A stretch of DNA of 64,000 nucleotides from Octopus sinensis. Lineage: Eukaryota. The stretch spans positions 53,754,001 through 53,818,000 of the forward strand of contig NC_043003.1 of assembly GCF_006345805.1 (NCBI RefSeq). Reading direction: 5' to 3'. This document shows, one piece after another, positions 41,295 to 53,149 of the stretch. Below the pieces are notes generated by a model, which was given only the letters and a program-made list of their open reading frames with translations, ran no database searches and had not been told where the DNA came from. Position 1 is the stretch's first letter. Each line of letters begins with the position of its first letter. The translations under genes and the position numbers were made by a program.

Positions 41295-41724
41295 GGATCT
41301 TTACCTTTTGACCGGCAGATTTAGAAAATAATTTTTTGTAACTAAACACTTTCAAACTTCGTATCCTGGTAGAATGTGTCATATAAAACATTTTTTACTC
41401 TTAGCGTTTTTGAGAAAAGTTTATATTTATGAAATTATTTCACGTTAAAGTTCTCGTATTTCGGTAATTTCAACCAATCAGTGATGTGTATTCAGCTGAA
41501 TAAAATTACTGCTGCTGTTTGTAAACAACAACTATCGGCAGTGTATATTTCATTTGTCACTGTTATTTATGACATCGTTCATGCGTTTGTACTGGTTTTA
41601 GGGTTAGGGTTTTAGGGTTAGAGTAATGGAAAAAAAATGAAAAATGAAGTGATTGGAGGGGTAGGGGTAGTGTTTAGTTACAAAAAATTATTTTCTAAAT
41701 CTGCCACTCAAAAGGTAAAGATCC
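41295..41724. mobile_element. MITE with 56-bp TIRs (GGATCTTTACC...) and 8-bp TSD AAATGGCT; Merlin-like
   Basis: TIRs 41295-41350 and 41669-41724 (2 mismatches); TSD 41287-41294 and 41725-41732. Confidence 0.85.
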
Positions 41725-43117
41725 AAATGGCTTATAAACACCTTCCACGCTGCAATTGTTTTTGTTTCAGCACATGATTCTCAGACCAGGTCTCTTGCTA
41801 AGCAAGTACATCTCCGTAATATAAAGTATTTTTTACTTGAAAACACAGAAAAGATAAAACCATGCTAAAGTTGTTAAACTAAAATGTATTAAAATTAAAA
41901 TTTAGAAGCCAAAGTTAATTTGTTTTCTTACAGTTGTGTAATTTTCAAACTTTCTCTGATTAACTAGAATAAATAATTGCTTCTAATGTAGACTGACTCT
42001 GAAAAGAGGAATGACAAAGTTGACATTGACAGTATTTGAACATAAAATGTAAAGAGAACAAATACCTATTTCTTTACTATCCACAAGGGGCTAAACACAG
42101 AGGGGACAAACAAGGACAGACATAGGTATTAAGTTGATTACATTGACTCCCAGTGCATAACTGGTACTTAATTTATTGACCACGAAAGGATGAAAGGCAA
42201 AGTTGACCTCGGCGGAATTTGAACTCACAACGTAACAACAGACGAAATACCGTTAAGCAGTGCTAACGACTCTGCCAGCTCGCTGCCTTTAGGGTTTGTG
42301 TTAGGGTTAGGGTTGTCATAAATAACAGTGACAAATGAAAAATACAGAGAACAAATACCACAATGCATTTTGTCAGGGATGCTAACAATTCTGCCAATCT
42401 GCTCATTTAATTATGTAATGATACAAAACATGACATAATTGCTTAATTATAGTCAAGTAAAGAGAAAGCTCACTCTTGACCTAATTTCTACTTTGTACAA
42501 CATCATCATTCAATATTTTAATGTCTATGTCTCCATACTAGCATGGGTTTGACAGGTCTACAAATTTAGTGTATCACTAATTGCCTTTACCTTTTGTCAT
42601 GTCTTCATATCTTAAGATCTGGACATACAACTTTTTCTCATGTCTTTCCTTTTTGTGAGTATTCTGGTACTTTCCACTGACAACACCCAGCACTTTGTCA
42701 CCTTACACTCATTGCTCATTAATATCACCTGATTATGCGAGTAAATATTTGCATAATCAAATCCAGCTCTCCTATTATATTGTCCAAATGCTTTAAGAGT
42801 AAATAAGATGTGAATAAAAAGAGGTGTAGGCAGATAAAGAATGATGTAGATACAAATCCATCAATGGTAGTGAAGTCTAGTTTTAGTAAGGAAAAAAATG
42901 GTATACCAATTTTTAATAATGAGGAAGTTTTTGCTATTGCTGATATATTATGAAGGACCAGTAATGATGGTTTGTTCCTGATTAAATAATTGATTGTATT
43001 AACCAATTAATTTTTATCTATTTTCTATCATATATACGTGAATGATTTTGTAGTATAGATGTAGGTTTTCTGGTGTAAGAGATAAAAGAAAATATATTTC
43101 CGTTTGTTCTTTTTCAG

Positions 43118-43276
43118 GCTGGGCAGCAACTGCTATGTTCAATAAAAATGTGAAAGAAGAATTCAAGAAATTCTTTGATCGAGATGATACTTTTAGTTTC
43201 GGAGTGTGTAATGGTTGTCAACTTATGTCTCTTCTAGGCTGGGTTGCTCCTTACCAAGACGACTCTATCACTACAG
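43118..43276 (+). CDS. PFAS: PFAS exon 21 (catalytic Cys)
   Basis: ttcAG / GTGAGA; GWAA...DTFSFGVCNGCQLMSLLGWV (GVCNG nucleophile elbow). Confidence 0.97.
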
Positions 43277-44954
43277 GTGAGAAGTTTGTTTTTATTTTTG
43301 AAGCCCACAAAGTTCAATAAGTTTGTATGCCATAAAGAAGAGTGAATCCCCACATTTTAGACAAGTGGGTTTTTTCAAATTTTTCTCTCAGAAAAAGAAA
43401 ATGTTTTCATTTCTGTTTGGTTTGTTTCTTCTCTTTGCCTATTCTATTACTACAACACAACAGCCTTTGCTACTCTAAACTAGCAAGTTTCACCTATTTT
43501 TGATTATTTCAAATATATCAAAATATACTTTAGCCCTTTAGTTTTCAAACTGGCCATGTCTAACCCAAATATTCTACTTGTTTTTTGTTCAAACTGGCTA
43601 GTTCTTGCATCCCACACATATACTACAATTTTGTTCTAAAAATAAAAAAAAATCTGGCCCTCGTGCTGGTGGCACGTAAAAGCACCCACTACACTCTCGG
43701 AGTGGTTGGCGTTGGGAAGGGCATCCAGCTGTAGAAACTCTGCCAGATCAGATTGGAGCCTGGTGCAGCCCTCTGGTTTGCCAGTCCTAGGTCAAATCGT
43801 CCAACCCATACCAGCATGGAAAGTGGACGTTAAATGATGATGATGACATCATTAAAATCTTGAAACATTACATTTGACAGAATAATCTGAATGTTAAAGA
43901 GTTAAATTTCAAGTAGCTTGATAAAAAATATTTCAGGTAGTTTCAGATATTTATAAACCCATGACTTAATTTGTTCAATGCTATGATGTCAAGAAGAAAT
44001 GACTTATAGCTAAATAAAAAATTTGACTTAGTTCACTGTGTCTGCTAATTTACATATTAGTGTTAATAATGAACAAATTTGTTAAACCAAGGTGTATTTA
44101 TATATTGAAAACATGGCTTTACCATGAAATGGCAGTTATGGATTATATTCAGTTATGGATTACATTTACCATGAAATGGCAGTTATGGATTATATTATGT
44201 GCTGGTGGCACGTAAAAAGCACCATCCGATCGTGTCCGTTGCCAGCCTCGCCTGGCCCCAGTGCCGGTGGCACGTAAAAAGCACCATCCGACTGTGGCCG
44301 TTTGCCGGCCCCGTCTGGCACGTAAAAAGCACCCACTACACTCACGGAGTGGTTGGCGTTAGGAAGGGCATCCAGCCGTAGAAACATTGCCAGATCAGAC
44401 TGGGCCTGGTGCAGCCTTCTGGCTTTCCAGACCCCAGTTGAACCGTCCAACCCATGCTAACATGGAAAGCGGACGCTAAATGATGATGATGATTCAAGTT
44501 TTTGACAGCATCAAATTTTCTGTAGATTTTTAACTTTCTAAAACTATTAGAATTTGTTGAACTTTGATCTTCATAAAGCCAAGATCCAGAAATTTATCTG
44601 AGTTTATTCCAGAGCAAAGCTATATATGAGAATTATGTCTATCTGTTTGTCATGAATTGTTAATAAATTCTTTTTCCTCAGCTATTATGTAAGTAGCTCT
44701 GAAAATATAAAAAAAATGCTGTTTTGTTTTTTCTGGAAAAGAAGTCTTTCATGGGACTTTTATGTATGTGGAGTATACAAAAGCTCATGACATAGAATGT
44801 TTTGTGTGGTATTGAAAATGACTAGATTGCCAAGCCTACAATGGAGGACATTTTTGAGATCTCTACTGGTGCTCTTTGCAGAAAGATTAAGAAGAATAAA
44901 GAGTGCTATCATATCTGAATAAACATTGTTAGAAGTGGTGACAGGTAGATGTCA

Positions 44955-45183
44955 TTAATCCTTTCGTTACTGTATTTATTTTGAGATGCTCTGTGTTTCT
45001 TTCAATTACTTTAAATATAACAAAGAATTTAGTAAAATAAATTAGTTATCATTCAGCTAGTGTTAGGAACATAAATTGTGACTAAGGTTTGGTGGAATAT
45101 TTTAATTCAAAACTTATGAAAACAAGACATTTGTACTACAGAGCCAGAGCCGGTTTTGGCTGGGTTGGTAACGAAAGGGTTAA
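44955..45183. mobile_element. piggyBac-like MITE family 1, second copy
   Basis: Near-identical to 39121-39327 but retains ~20 nt deleted there. Confidence 0.75.
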
Positions 45184-45773
45184 TGTACAAAAAGTTGAGA
45201 ATGGAAGATGTAATCAAATATTGGCCTCAATAAAATTTATAGAATTGGATCAAAGAGAGCCATCAGCACACACTACAATTCTAATCCAAGTTATAGTATA
45301 GAGCTATATTTGATTACTTGTATTTGTTGATAAAGTTTGAGCAATTTACTTTTACAGTTATATACATCTAACTCATGCTAGCATGGAAAATACTGGAAGT
45401 AAAAGAAAAGAATTGGATGTTTTTGTGCCATGTAAAAGTCATGAGTTCTTTATCTCCTCCTCTGATGGAGAAGCTAAAGTGCTCATGACTTTTAATATTT
45501 AAAACTAAATTTGGACGGGTTCCATCAATTTATTTGTTCTTCATGTTTTGGTGCTTCTATAGTTGTAAGAAGTGATTGAAGAAACAGCCAAGATGATCAG
45601 TAGAGTTAGTTTTAAATTTTTGGAATGGCATATGTCTAATGCAGATTAAAAATTGAATGATCCTTTCTTAGGAATTCTATTGATCATTTCTGTAATCCAA
45701 TTAATATTTCTTCTAATCCTGAATGATTTGTTTTTTCTTATACAAAAACTTAATAATGTAGTTCTCCCATTAG

Positions 45774-45929
45774 ATCATAGTGTAACACCTGGAGGATTGT
45801 TTTTGGATGCAAACAGTTCTGAGAGATTTGAATCTCGTTTTGTGACTGCAAAAGTGTCAGAAAGCCCTGCAATTATGTTTGAAGGAATGGCTGGAACAGT
45901 TTTTGGAATATGGGTCTCACATGGTGAAG
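45774..45929 (+). CDS. PFAS: PFAS exon 22
   Basis: attAG / GTAAGT; DHSVTPGGLFLDANSSERFESRFVT...SPAIMFEGM...IWVSHGE. Confidence 0.96.
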
Positions 45930-46644
45930 GTAAGTAATTTTGTTTTTATAAAGTTCTGGAGAAGTGTGTGCAATGGTTGTAATCTTTCCTAATCTTTTTT
46001 CTTGGGTTAGGAATTATAGGATTTGTAACTTCTCGTCTGAGTAATATGCAAGCATAATCCTTTGTTTGTCCTCTCTATCACTTGTGATACACAAGACATA
46101 TTTTCCTGGTGTCCCTACATCATATAATTTACACATTCCCAACTTTTTGTCAACCACCTGAGTAACTTGGTTCTTACCAAAGGAAAGTTTTACATTACTC
46201 TGTATGTATGGAACAAGAGTTAATAAAAAATCTGAAAACAAGCATAGAAGTTTAAGACAAACGTATGAAAATGATTTGGACAGGCAAAGGATTATGGTAA
46301 TATTCACTTTGAATTCTTGAAGGAAGAAAAAGATAAGAATAGAGGGAGTTTCAGGGTGAAGAACTAAAAGGAAAAGATTAGGTAAAATACTTAATGAATG
46401 GATTTTGCAAAATGAGTTATATCTGTTATCTTTAGCACGTTACAGTTTATTTTATTTCAGTAAATATGTAAAGGAAGTCAGAAAGTGTTAACTAAAATTA
46501 ATAAATGGTGGAACTTAAAGCAGATAAAGCTATGAATAATAACATGTAAATATTAGGTTAAAAAAACCTCTTGGATGGTAAAAGCTGAAAGCTGCTCATG
46601 GGACTTTTTCCATCCAAGGTGTATTTTAACCCACTAGTTACCTT

Positions 46645-46722
46645 TTTTTTCTTATACAAAAACTTAATAATGTAGCTCTCCCATTAGATCATAGTGTAAC
46701 ACATGGAGGGTTGTTTTTGGAT
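46645..46722 (+). repeat. Duplicate of PFAS exon-22 acceptor + first 35 exonic nt
   Basis: Copy of 45731-45808 with 3 substitutions. Confidence 0.93.
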
Positions 46723-46873
46723 TTATAGTCTTAGCTACTTGAGTTCCACATTGCTCAGTATTTCTAAATTTTTATGATGTAAATAAAATTAATGAATTTT
46801 TTAACATTCTTCATCTAATCTTTGATTTGTAAGCACTAGTGATTACAATATTAATTATTATTTCATATTTCAG

Positions 46874-47184
46874 GTAAGATGCAATTTAAATCAGACTCTC
46901 TATACAGAAATCTGAAAGACAAACAATTAATCCCTCTTCACTATGTTAATGATGATGGGATACCAACATCAGAATATCCATTCAATCCCAATGGCTCACC
47001 AGATGGAGTTGCTGCTGTTTGCTCAGAAAATGGCCGCCACGTAGCTATTATGCCTCACCCAGAACGGTGCTTTTTGGCATGGCAATGTCCTTGGTTACCA
47101 CTAAATATGTGTGATGATCTCCAAGTTACACCATGGTTGAAATTATTTGCCAATGCTTATAACTGGTGTCAGACAATTCAATAA
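46874..47184 (+). CDS. PFAS: PFAS exon 23 (terminal; catalytic His-Glu, stop TAA 47182-47184)
   Basis: ttcAG acceptor; GKMQF...EYPFNPNGSPDGVAAVCSENGRHVAIMPHPERCFLAWQ...PWLKLFANAYNWCQTIQ*. Confidence 0.97.
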
Positions 47185-47296
47185 AAAAAAAAAAAATACA
47201 ATTTTATAAAATTTTTCCTATCTATAAATTTCAGCTCTGAAATTTGGTTAAAGAATTTTTTCAACTCTAATTTTTATAATAATTCTTTTGATATGA

Positions 47297-47302
47297 AATA
47301 AA
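47297..47302 (+). promoter_or_regulatory. Candidate PFAS polyadenylation signal AATAAA
   Basis: AATAAA ~113 nt after the stop, followed by T-rich sequence; another AATAAA overlaps the stop (47180-47185). Confidence 0.35.
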
Positions 47303-47439
47303 GCAATAATACTTTACTTTGATATATTATTCAGTCTTATTGATTTCCTACTTTTTTTCTTACGACATGACATTACTTATGTAATGCTGATATATCTACT
47401 ACTCCAAACACGGCTGCTGTGTTTGTCATTGTTATTAAG

Positions 47440-47542
47440 TACAGTGATCCCTTGCTACTTCACGGTTCAACTATCGCAGATTCACGACTTCGTGGATTTA
47501 TAAAATATATATGAATGCCCGAAATTTTTCATTAAATCCATT

Positions 47543-47577
<35 letters not shown>

Positions 47578-48223
47578 TTAGCGTCCGTTTTCCATGCTAG
47601 CATGGGTTGGACGGTTCAACTAGGGTCTGTGAAGCCAGAAGGCTGCATCAGGCTCAGTCTGATCTGGCAGTGTTTCTACGGCTGGATGCCCTTCCTAACG
47701 CCAACCACTCCGCGAGTGTAGTGGGTGCTTTTTACGTGCCACCCGCACAGGTGTCAGACGGTGCTGGCAAACGGCCACGAACGGATGGTGCTTTTACGTA
47801 CCACTGGCACGGGGGCCAGGCGAGGCTGGCAATGGACATATTAATAATAAATATTATTTTCTAGTCTAGGAACAACAAAACAAGTGTAAAATAGCAAAAA
47901 AGCATATACAGGGGTATTTGAACTTAAGACGGGCTGTGATTGGTGCAATGGAGAGAGACGACGAATCTCAGCTTTCTATTTTGTTATCTGGCCTAACAGT
48001 AACAATCTTTATCTTTTAAATCTAAAGTGTTATTGCTTAACAGTTGTCTTTGTTATTAACAGACTACTGTAATAGGTAGGTTGTTAACAGTACAGAGAGG
48101 GTTTTAAAAGTCCAAATCCACGTTAAATAAATACTGTAAATATGGTGTCCCTACTTTGCTGAAATTCAGTTATCGCGGCCGGCCTCGGAACCAATCTACC
48201 ACGATAAACGAGGGATCACTATA
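47440..48223. mobile_element. Tigger/pogo-like MITE with nested RTE 3' fragment
   Basis: TA-CAGTGATCCCT...AGGGATCACT-ATA termini; 47548-47835 is an inserted repeat. Confidence 0.6.
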
Positions 48224-49469
48224 GTTTCACTCACCTTATATTCATAAATTTTTTATATTGCAGTTAGTGAAATAGTGTCATAGATTGCACTATTACAATA
48301 TGCTAATATGATGATAAGAGTGATAAGGGAGTATCTGTAACCCAGTGTAGCACAAATACCTTAAGGCACTTTGTTCATAAAGAATTGTCTGTTCAGCTTT
48401 CATAATAATGTTTATTTTTATGACTTTCACCAATATACATCAACAAAAAGATATACTGTATATACTAGCGTACAGGATGGAATTTAAACTTTAAAAAAAT
48501 CACCTCAAAATTAGGCGTCATCTTATATATCCCGTATAAATCTGAATCTTAACTTTCTGTGGTTTAGAGTAACACTAATGTCAATGTAAAATAACTGATG
48601 CCTAACGGACGTCACTACAGCCAGGTATGTTTGATGTGTACTATAGTAGGTAATTTACAATATTTGGCCACTTTTTGAGAAGATCTGGATATACTAAATC
48701 AGACTGGAGTCTGATGCAGTCTTCCAGCTTACCAGCCCTGGTCAAACCATCCAATCCATGCCAGCATGGACAACGGACATTAAATGATGATACACTTTTG
48801 GTCAAAAAAGTCCTGTACACTATCCATATGTCTGACATAATTTAATTTCAACTTTAAAAATTATGGGAAAAGAATTACGTCAGAATTTAAAATCCACTTG
48901 AAAAAGAATTTATTTTTATTACGAAATGCTGAAACAGTCTGGAAACTGTAAAATATCACTACCTTTATAAAAGTGACCAAACTATACACAAATGTATTCG
49001 TGCAGGAGGGAAGCCACACTATTGTGATATCTGGTAAATCCCTCTTTTAAACATGTCACTTAACTAGACATTAACATATTCATTCAAGAAAGAAGATATA
49101 TGACTGAGATGTCTGTAGTAAATAATTATTCCGAAGTGCTGTCTGATCTACTTGCAAACGTATTTATACAAAGCCGTATCGCTATCGTATATATGTGGCA
49201 GATTTCTCTTTCTAATGAGTGATTTAACAACTGACAAGCATATTCATACAGGAGAGAAGGCATAACAATCTGATATTTGATCACTCATTCTCAACAATAT
49301 ATCACTATTTAAGTACATTATGTAACCAGTGATCACAGAGAGAAACTGAAACTTGTTTACTTTTCATAATTTCGGATTTAATTTTTTTCCCAATTTATTT
49401 ACAGTTTTTAGGAAACTATGTGCAGTACGTCAGTTACGACATGCAGATACATACGCACACATGCTTGCA

Positions 49470-49662
49470 TGCATGCACATACATACATACATACATACAT
49501 ACATACACACATACATACATACACACACACATACATACATACATACATACACACACACATACATACATACATACACACACATACATACATACACACACAT
49601 ACATACACACACACACACATACACACATACATACATACATACATCATACATACATACATACA

Positions 49663-49694
<32 letters not shown>

Positions 49695-49698
49695 CATA
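49470..49698. repeat. Compound (CATA)n/(CA)n microsatellite
   Basis: Read directly; source of the HTYI/MYVC pseudo-ORFs; (CA)n also at 63150-63370. Confidence 0.95.
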
Positions 49699-49700
49699 CC

Positions 49701-49850
49701 GACAGCAGATCTACAGGTTATGTCCTAAGGTCTACATCAGCAAATGACATTCATGTAACCCATAACTTTTTTGTGGACGATCTAAAGATCTATACTCGAA
49801 ATATTTATTGTGCTGAGAAACAACTGGATTTAGTCACATTTTCTGCTGAA
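49701..49850 (+). mobile_element. Non-LTR reverse transcriptase fragment (RLE-clade style)
   Basis: GYVLRS...THNFFVDDLKIY catalytic DD motif. Confidence 0.6.
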
Positions 49851-50083
49851 GGAATTTCGCCCAAAGAAACGTTCGTATTTAATAACTGAATGTGAGAAAA
49901 CTTTCCCCCCACCAAAGACCTTTGTATTAACGGTCTCTCTAGCTTTCCTGTTTCAGAAAAACTTCCTTTTGTACACCCCCATAAGATTACGTTTTTTATG
50001 ATTGAAATATGTTAGAATACCATTATGCACACTACAGGCTGTAAATGGCAGCAGACTACTTCTCTCATAAAATATAAATATGC

Positions 50084-51160
50084 ATGCCACCAACAAGTGT
50101 GTTTTCAGTTCGCTCCAAGATGTCAGATTATGAGCAACCCTCTACGTCCACTGCTTCGGCAAAATCGCGGAGACAAAGGAAAAAGCATGGTATAAACCTG
50201 TTTAGACTTTCCCTCAAAATATCTGACGAAGCGTTAACGGTTAATTACTGTCAGGAACTTGGACTGATAGCCAAACAAATGCGTTGCCCATCTTGTAAAA
50301 CTAAGCTGAACAATATCTACAAAGTGAAGCATGCCGGAAGACCTCACGCAGAGCGCAGGTTTCAGTGCAACTAGAACACTTGTAAGGAGAAGGCGAAGAA
50401 CCAAATACCACGTCGTAAAGGAACTTGGTTTTGACATAGCAATTTGTCTTTTCGAAAGAGTTTGCTATTAGTTTACAGTTTTATTCATAAGTTGCCGTAT
50501 AAGCAAACTGTGCATGAAACAAGCATTTCATCCACAGACTGACACTGATAACGACAACATGTTAACAACATCCACGGAGATCATATCAGATTGTTTTTCA
50601 TACTGTCGTGAAGTCTGTCAGTGGTCGGTGGAGACAAAACTGCACACGGACCAACCCACTGGAGGCCCTGGACTTACAGGTGAAATCGACGAATCGAAAT
50701 TTGGCCAAACAAAATACAATCGCGGGAAATTTGTGAAGAAGGACAGTGGGTATTAGAAGGCGTATCCTGTAAAACCCATCAAACTTTTCTTGTTGTATTG
50801 CCAAATAACAAGCGGGATAGGACCACACTATAGCCAATTACTCTCCAACACATCAAACCTGGCACAACAATAAGTGACTGCTGGAAAGCATACGACAGTC
50901 TTGGAGCGTCTAGTTTCCAGCATCTCACTGTCAACCACAGTTACAACTTTGTTGATCCTCTCACCGGAGCTCACACGAACAACATTGAGAATCTATATAG
51001 CAGATCAAAAGCCAAATGAGTGAGACGCACACGCGGCATGCAAACCTTACCAGCCATCTGAGTGAATATATGTGGAGGCATGCGCACAAGAGGATAGATC
51101 TGTTCGAAGCATTCATACAGAATACTGGTGAACTTTACAAGCCACAAAAAGCTTTAAAAC
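50084..51160 (+). pseudogene. Merlin (IS1595/ISXO2-like) DDE transposase pseudogene
   Basis: CPSC..C/C zinc ribbon, RKGTWF, GGPG..EIDESKFG..KYNRG, EGQWV, SDCWKAY, HLTVNHSYNFVDP.TGAHTNNIE; several stops and frameshifts. Confidence 0.85.
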
Positions 51161-51478
51161 GTAAGTATTAAATATATTGAAATTATCGTTCCGTATTTTT
51201 TACTTTGATGAAATTAAGCTACATTAAGATATTTTTCTGTTCTTGTGGTTATCCAGTTTATGAACATCCCAAACATTTCTGTTCGAAATATATAAAATAA
51301 CAAAATTTGGCTTCCAGTATGGTAAGTTCAAAAGTTGACTAGAAAGAATACCAAGCTGAACCTTCAAAATTTACACATAGGAAGTGAAGATTATATTCTT
51401 TTGATTACTACTGTACTTTAAGACTCATCGCACTCTTCTATTCGTGGATACCTTCACAAATGAGTGGCTATTTTCTTT

Positions 51479-51690
51479 ATATGAGGTGGTGCTGAAAAGT
51501 TCTTAGAATTAAGGTTGTCGCGATAGTCCTGATTGGAGGTCCAACCTTCTGAGTTCTTTTACAGGGTTTAAAAAAACTGAAGGACTGCTGCAGTAGGTGT
51601 GTACATCTGAGAGGAGAATATGTTGAATAAAATCATAATTAATTGATCTTCCTGTATTTTCTTTTACTTAAAACCAAGAACTCTTCAGCA
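51479..51690 (+). mobile_element. mariner-derived MITE
   Basis: GAGGTGGTGCTGAAAAGTTC...GAACTCTTCAGCA termini; encodes ...RCVHLRGEYVE* typical of mariner C-termini. Confidence 0.65.
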
Positions 51691-51966
51691 AATTGTTTTG
51701 GCATTATTTTCCTGGCTTTTGTGCTCAGAGTTTAAATTGACAATCCTTGCTATGAAGGGAGGACGTCATTCATTCACTCCAAAATTCTGCTGAGCTAAGT
51801 TTTAACTTTCATCCTTTCGACGTCTGTAAAATAACACACCGATTCAAGGTGCAGGATTGGCAGAATTGTTAGTATCAACTTCTTTCGGATGTCTTGCGTT
51901 TCGAGATATTTGGTCGCTTGGGTCCACACTGCCACCTGGTTTTTGAATGATGCATTGGCAGAATTC

Positions 51967-52370
51967 GGATCTTTTCGGTTTGAACGGCAGTTTTTAACAT
52001 AATTTCTAGGTAACTAAAAAATTTTAAACTTCGTATACTGGTAGAATGTGTATATAAAACATCTTTTTCTCTTGGCTTTATTGAGAAAATTCTATAGTTT
52101 GTAAGACATTTGGTCTTTAATTTCTTCAATTTCTGCAATTTCAACCAATCACTGGCGTCTATTGAGTTAAAAAGCATTCTGTGCCGTATGAATATGTCCC
52201 TCGTTTAAGAAACAGATTGGGTTTATTTACATTTGTGAAGAAAAAAAGATACCCTTCCCCCACCCCTAACCCTAACCCTAAAACAGATTGAAATGCAATA
52301 GATCGATTCTAGGGTCATAATTATGGGTGACAATTTCATATGATACCGCTGGAAAAACGGCAGTTTTTTT
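51967..52370. mobile_element. Related GGATC-ended MITE, right end lost
   Basis: Starts GGATCTTTTCGGTTTG, shares the AAACTTCGTATACTGGTAGAATGTG and CAACCAATCA blocks with the 41295 element, internal CCCTAA x3. Confidence 0.6.
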
Positions 52371-53099
52371 CTAGCTTAAGCACATCTAGTTTAAAGCACA
52401 TCCTTCATAACTTTTTTATTTTTTGGAATTTGAATTTTACACCCGGAAATTCATACAATTTCATCCTTCTTTCACTAATTGATAGAAAAAAACCCCCAAG
52501 GAACTTGCCATTGTCATTATTAATTAAAGTACTCTTTCAGAAAACACGTGTTTATTTTGTGAAACAAATTTCCAGAAGGGAGAAAAGATGTTATTGATGT
52601 TTAGCTAGTATGAAGCATGTCTCTGGCCCTTGTATTATTACAACTATTGTTTGTAACATAGTGTCAACATTTTCTTTGCTTCCAATTGCGACCTGGTCAC
52701 TGATAACGCTGAGATGCAGTTTGGAACGACGAAAATTCGACACCATATTAGAAACAATCAGTAGCGTACGGTGGTTGTTTTATTAAGGGGTGCAGCCACA
52801 CCCAATGCCGCCAAATTTCAAGCAGAGGTATAAATAAAGTTTTCCATTAAGATTTGTGATTAAATTAATGAGTAAGATTAATATCTATAACGAATTTGCC
52901 ATTTTCGATGAGTGTGCAGCACGCATCTAGCACACATGGAATATACGTCCCTGGAAATAATAAATACTCTCTTTACTCTCTTTTACTTGTTTCAATCATT
53001 TGACTGTGGCCATGCTGGAGCACCACCTTTAGTCGAGCAAATCTACCCCAGGACTTATTCTTTGTAAGCCTAGTATTTATTCACACACACACACACACA

Positions 53100-53135
<36 letters not shown>

Positions 53136-53149
53136 CGTGAATATACACA

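Noticed and set aside
41598-41620. Telomere or chromosome-fusion scar (also 42288-42313, 52265-52280)
   Set aside because: Only 2-4 imperfect hexamers, embedded inside MITE copies.
45815-47040. Further recoding candidates (SERFESR Glu GAG; SENGRH Asn AAT)
   Set aside because: From memory these positions vary among non-editing species, and the sequence context is not ADAR-favoured.
49353-49889. Long ORFs such as HTYIHTY/MYVCMYVC (also IYIY, LLLL, CVCV ORFs elsewhere)
   Set aside because: Translations of microsatellites; only the C-terminal RT fragment of the 49353 ORF is meaningful.
49850-51460. TIRs for the Merlin transposase copy
   Set aside because: Candidate ends (GGAATTTCGCC left, GTGGATACC right) are not complementary; no TSD found.
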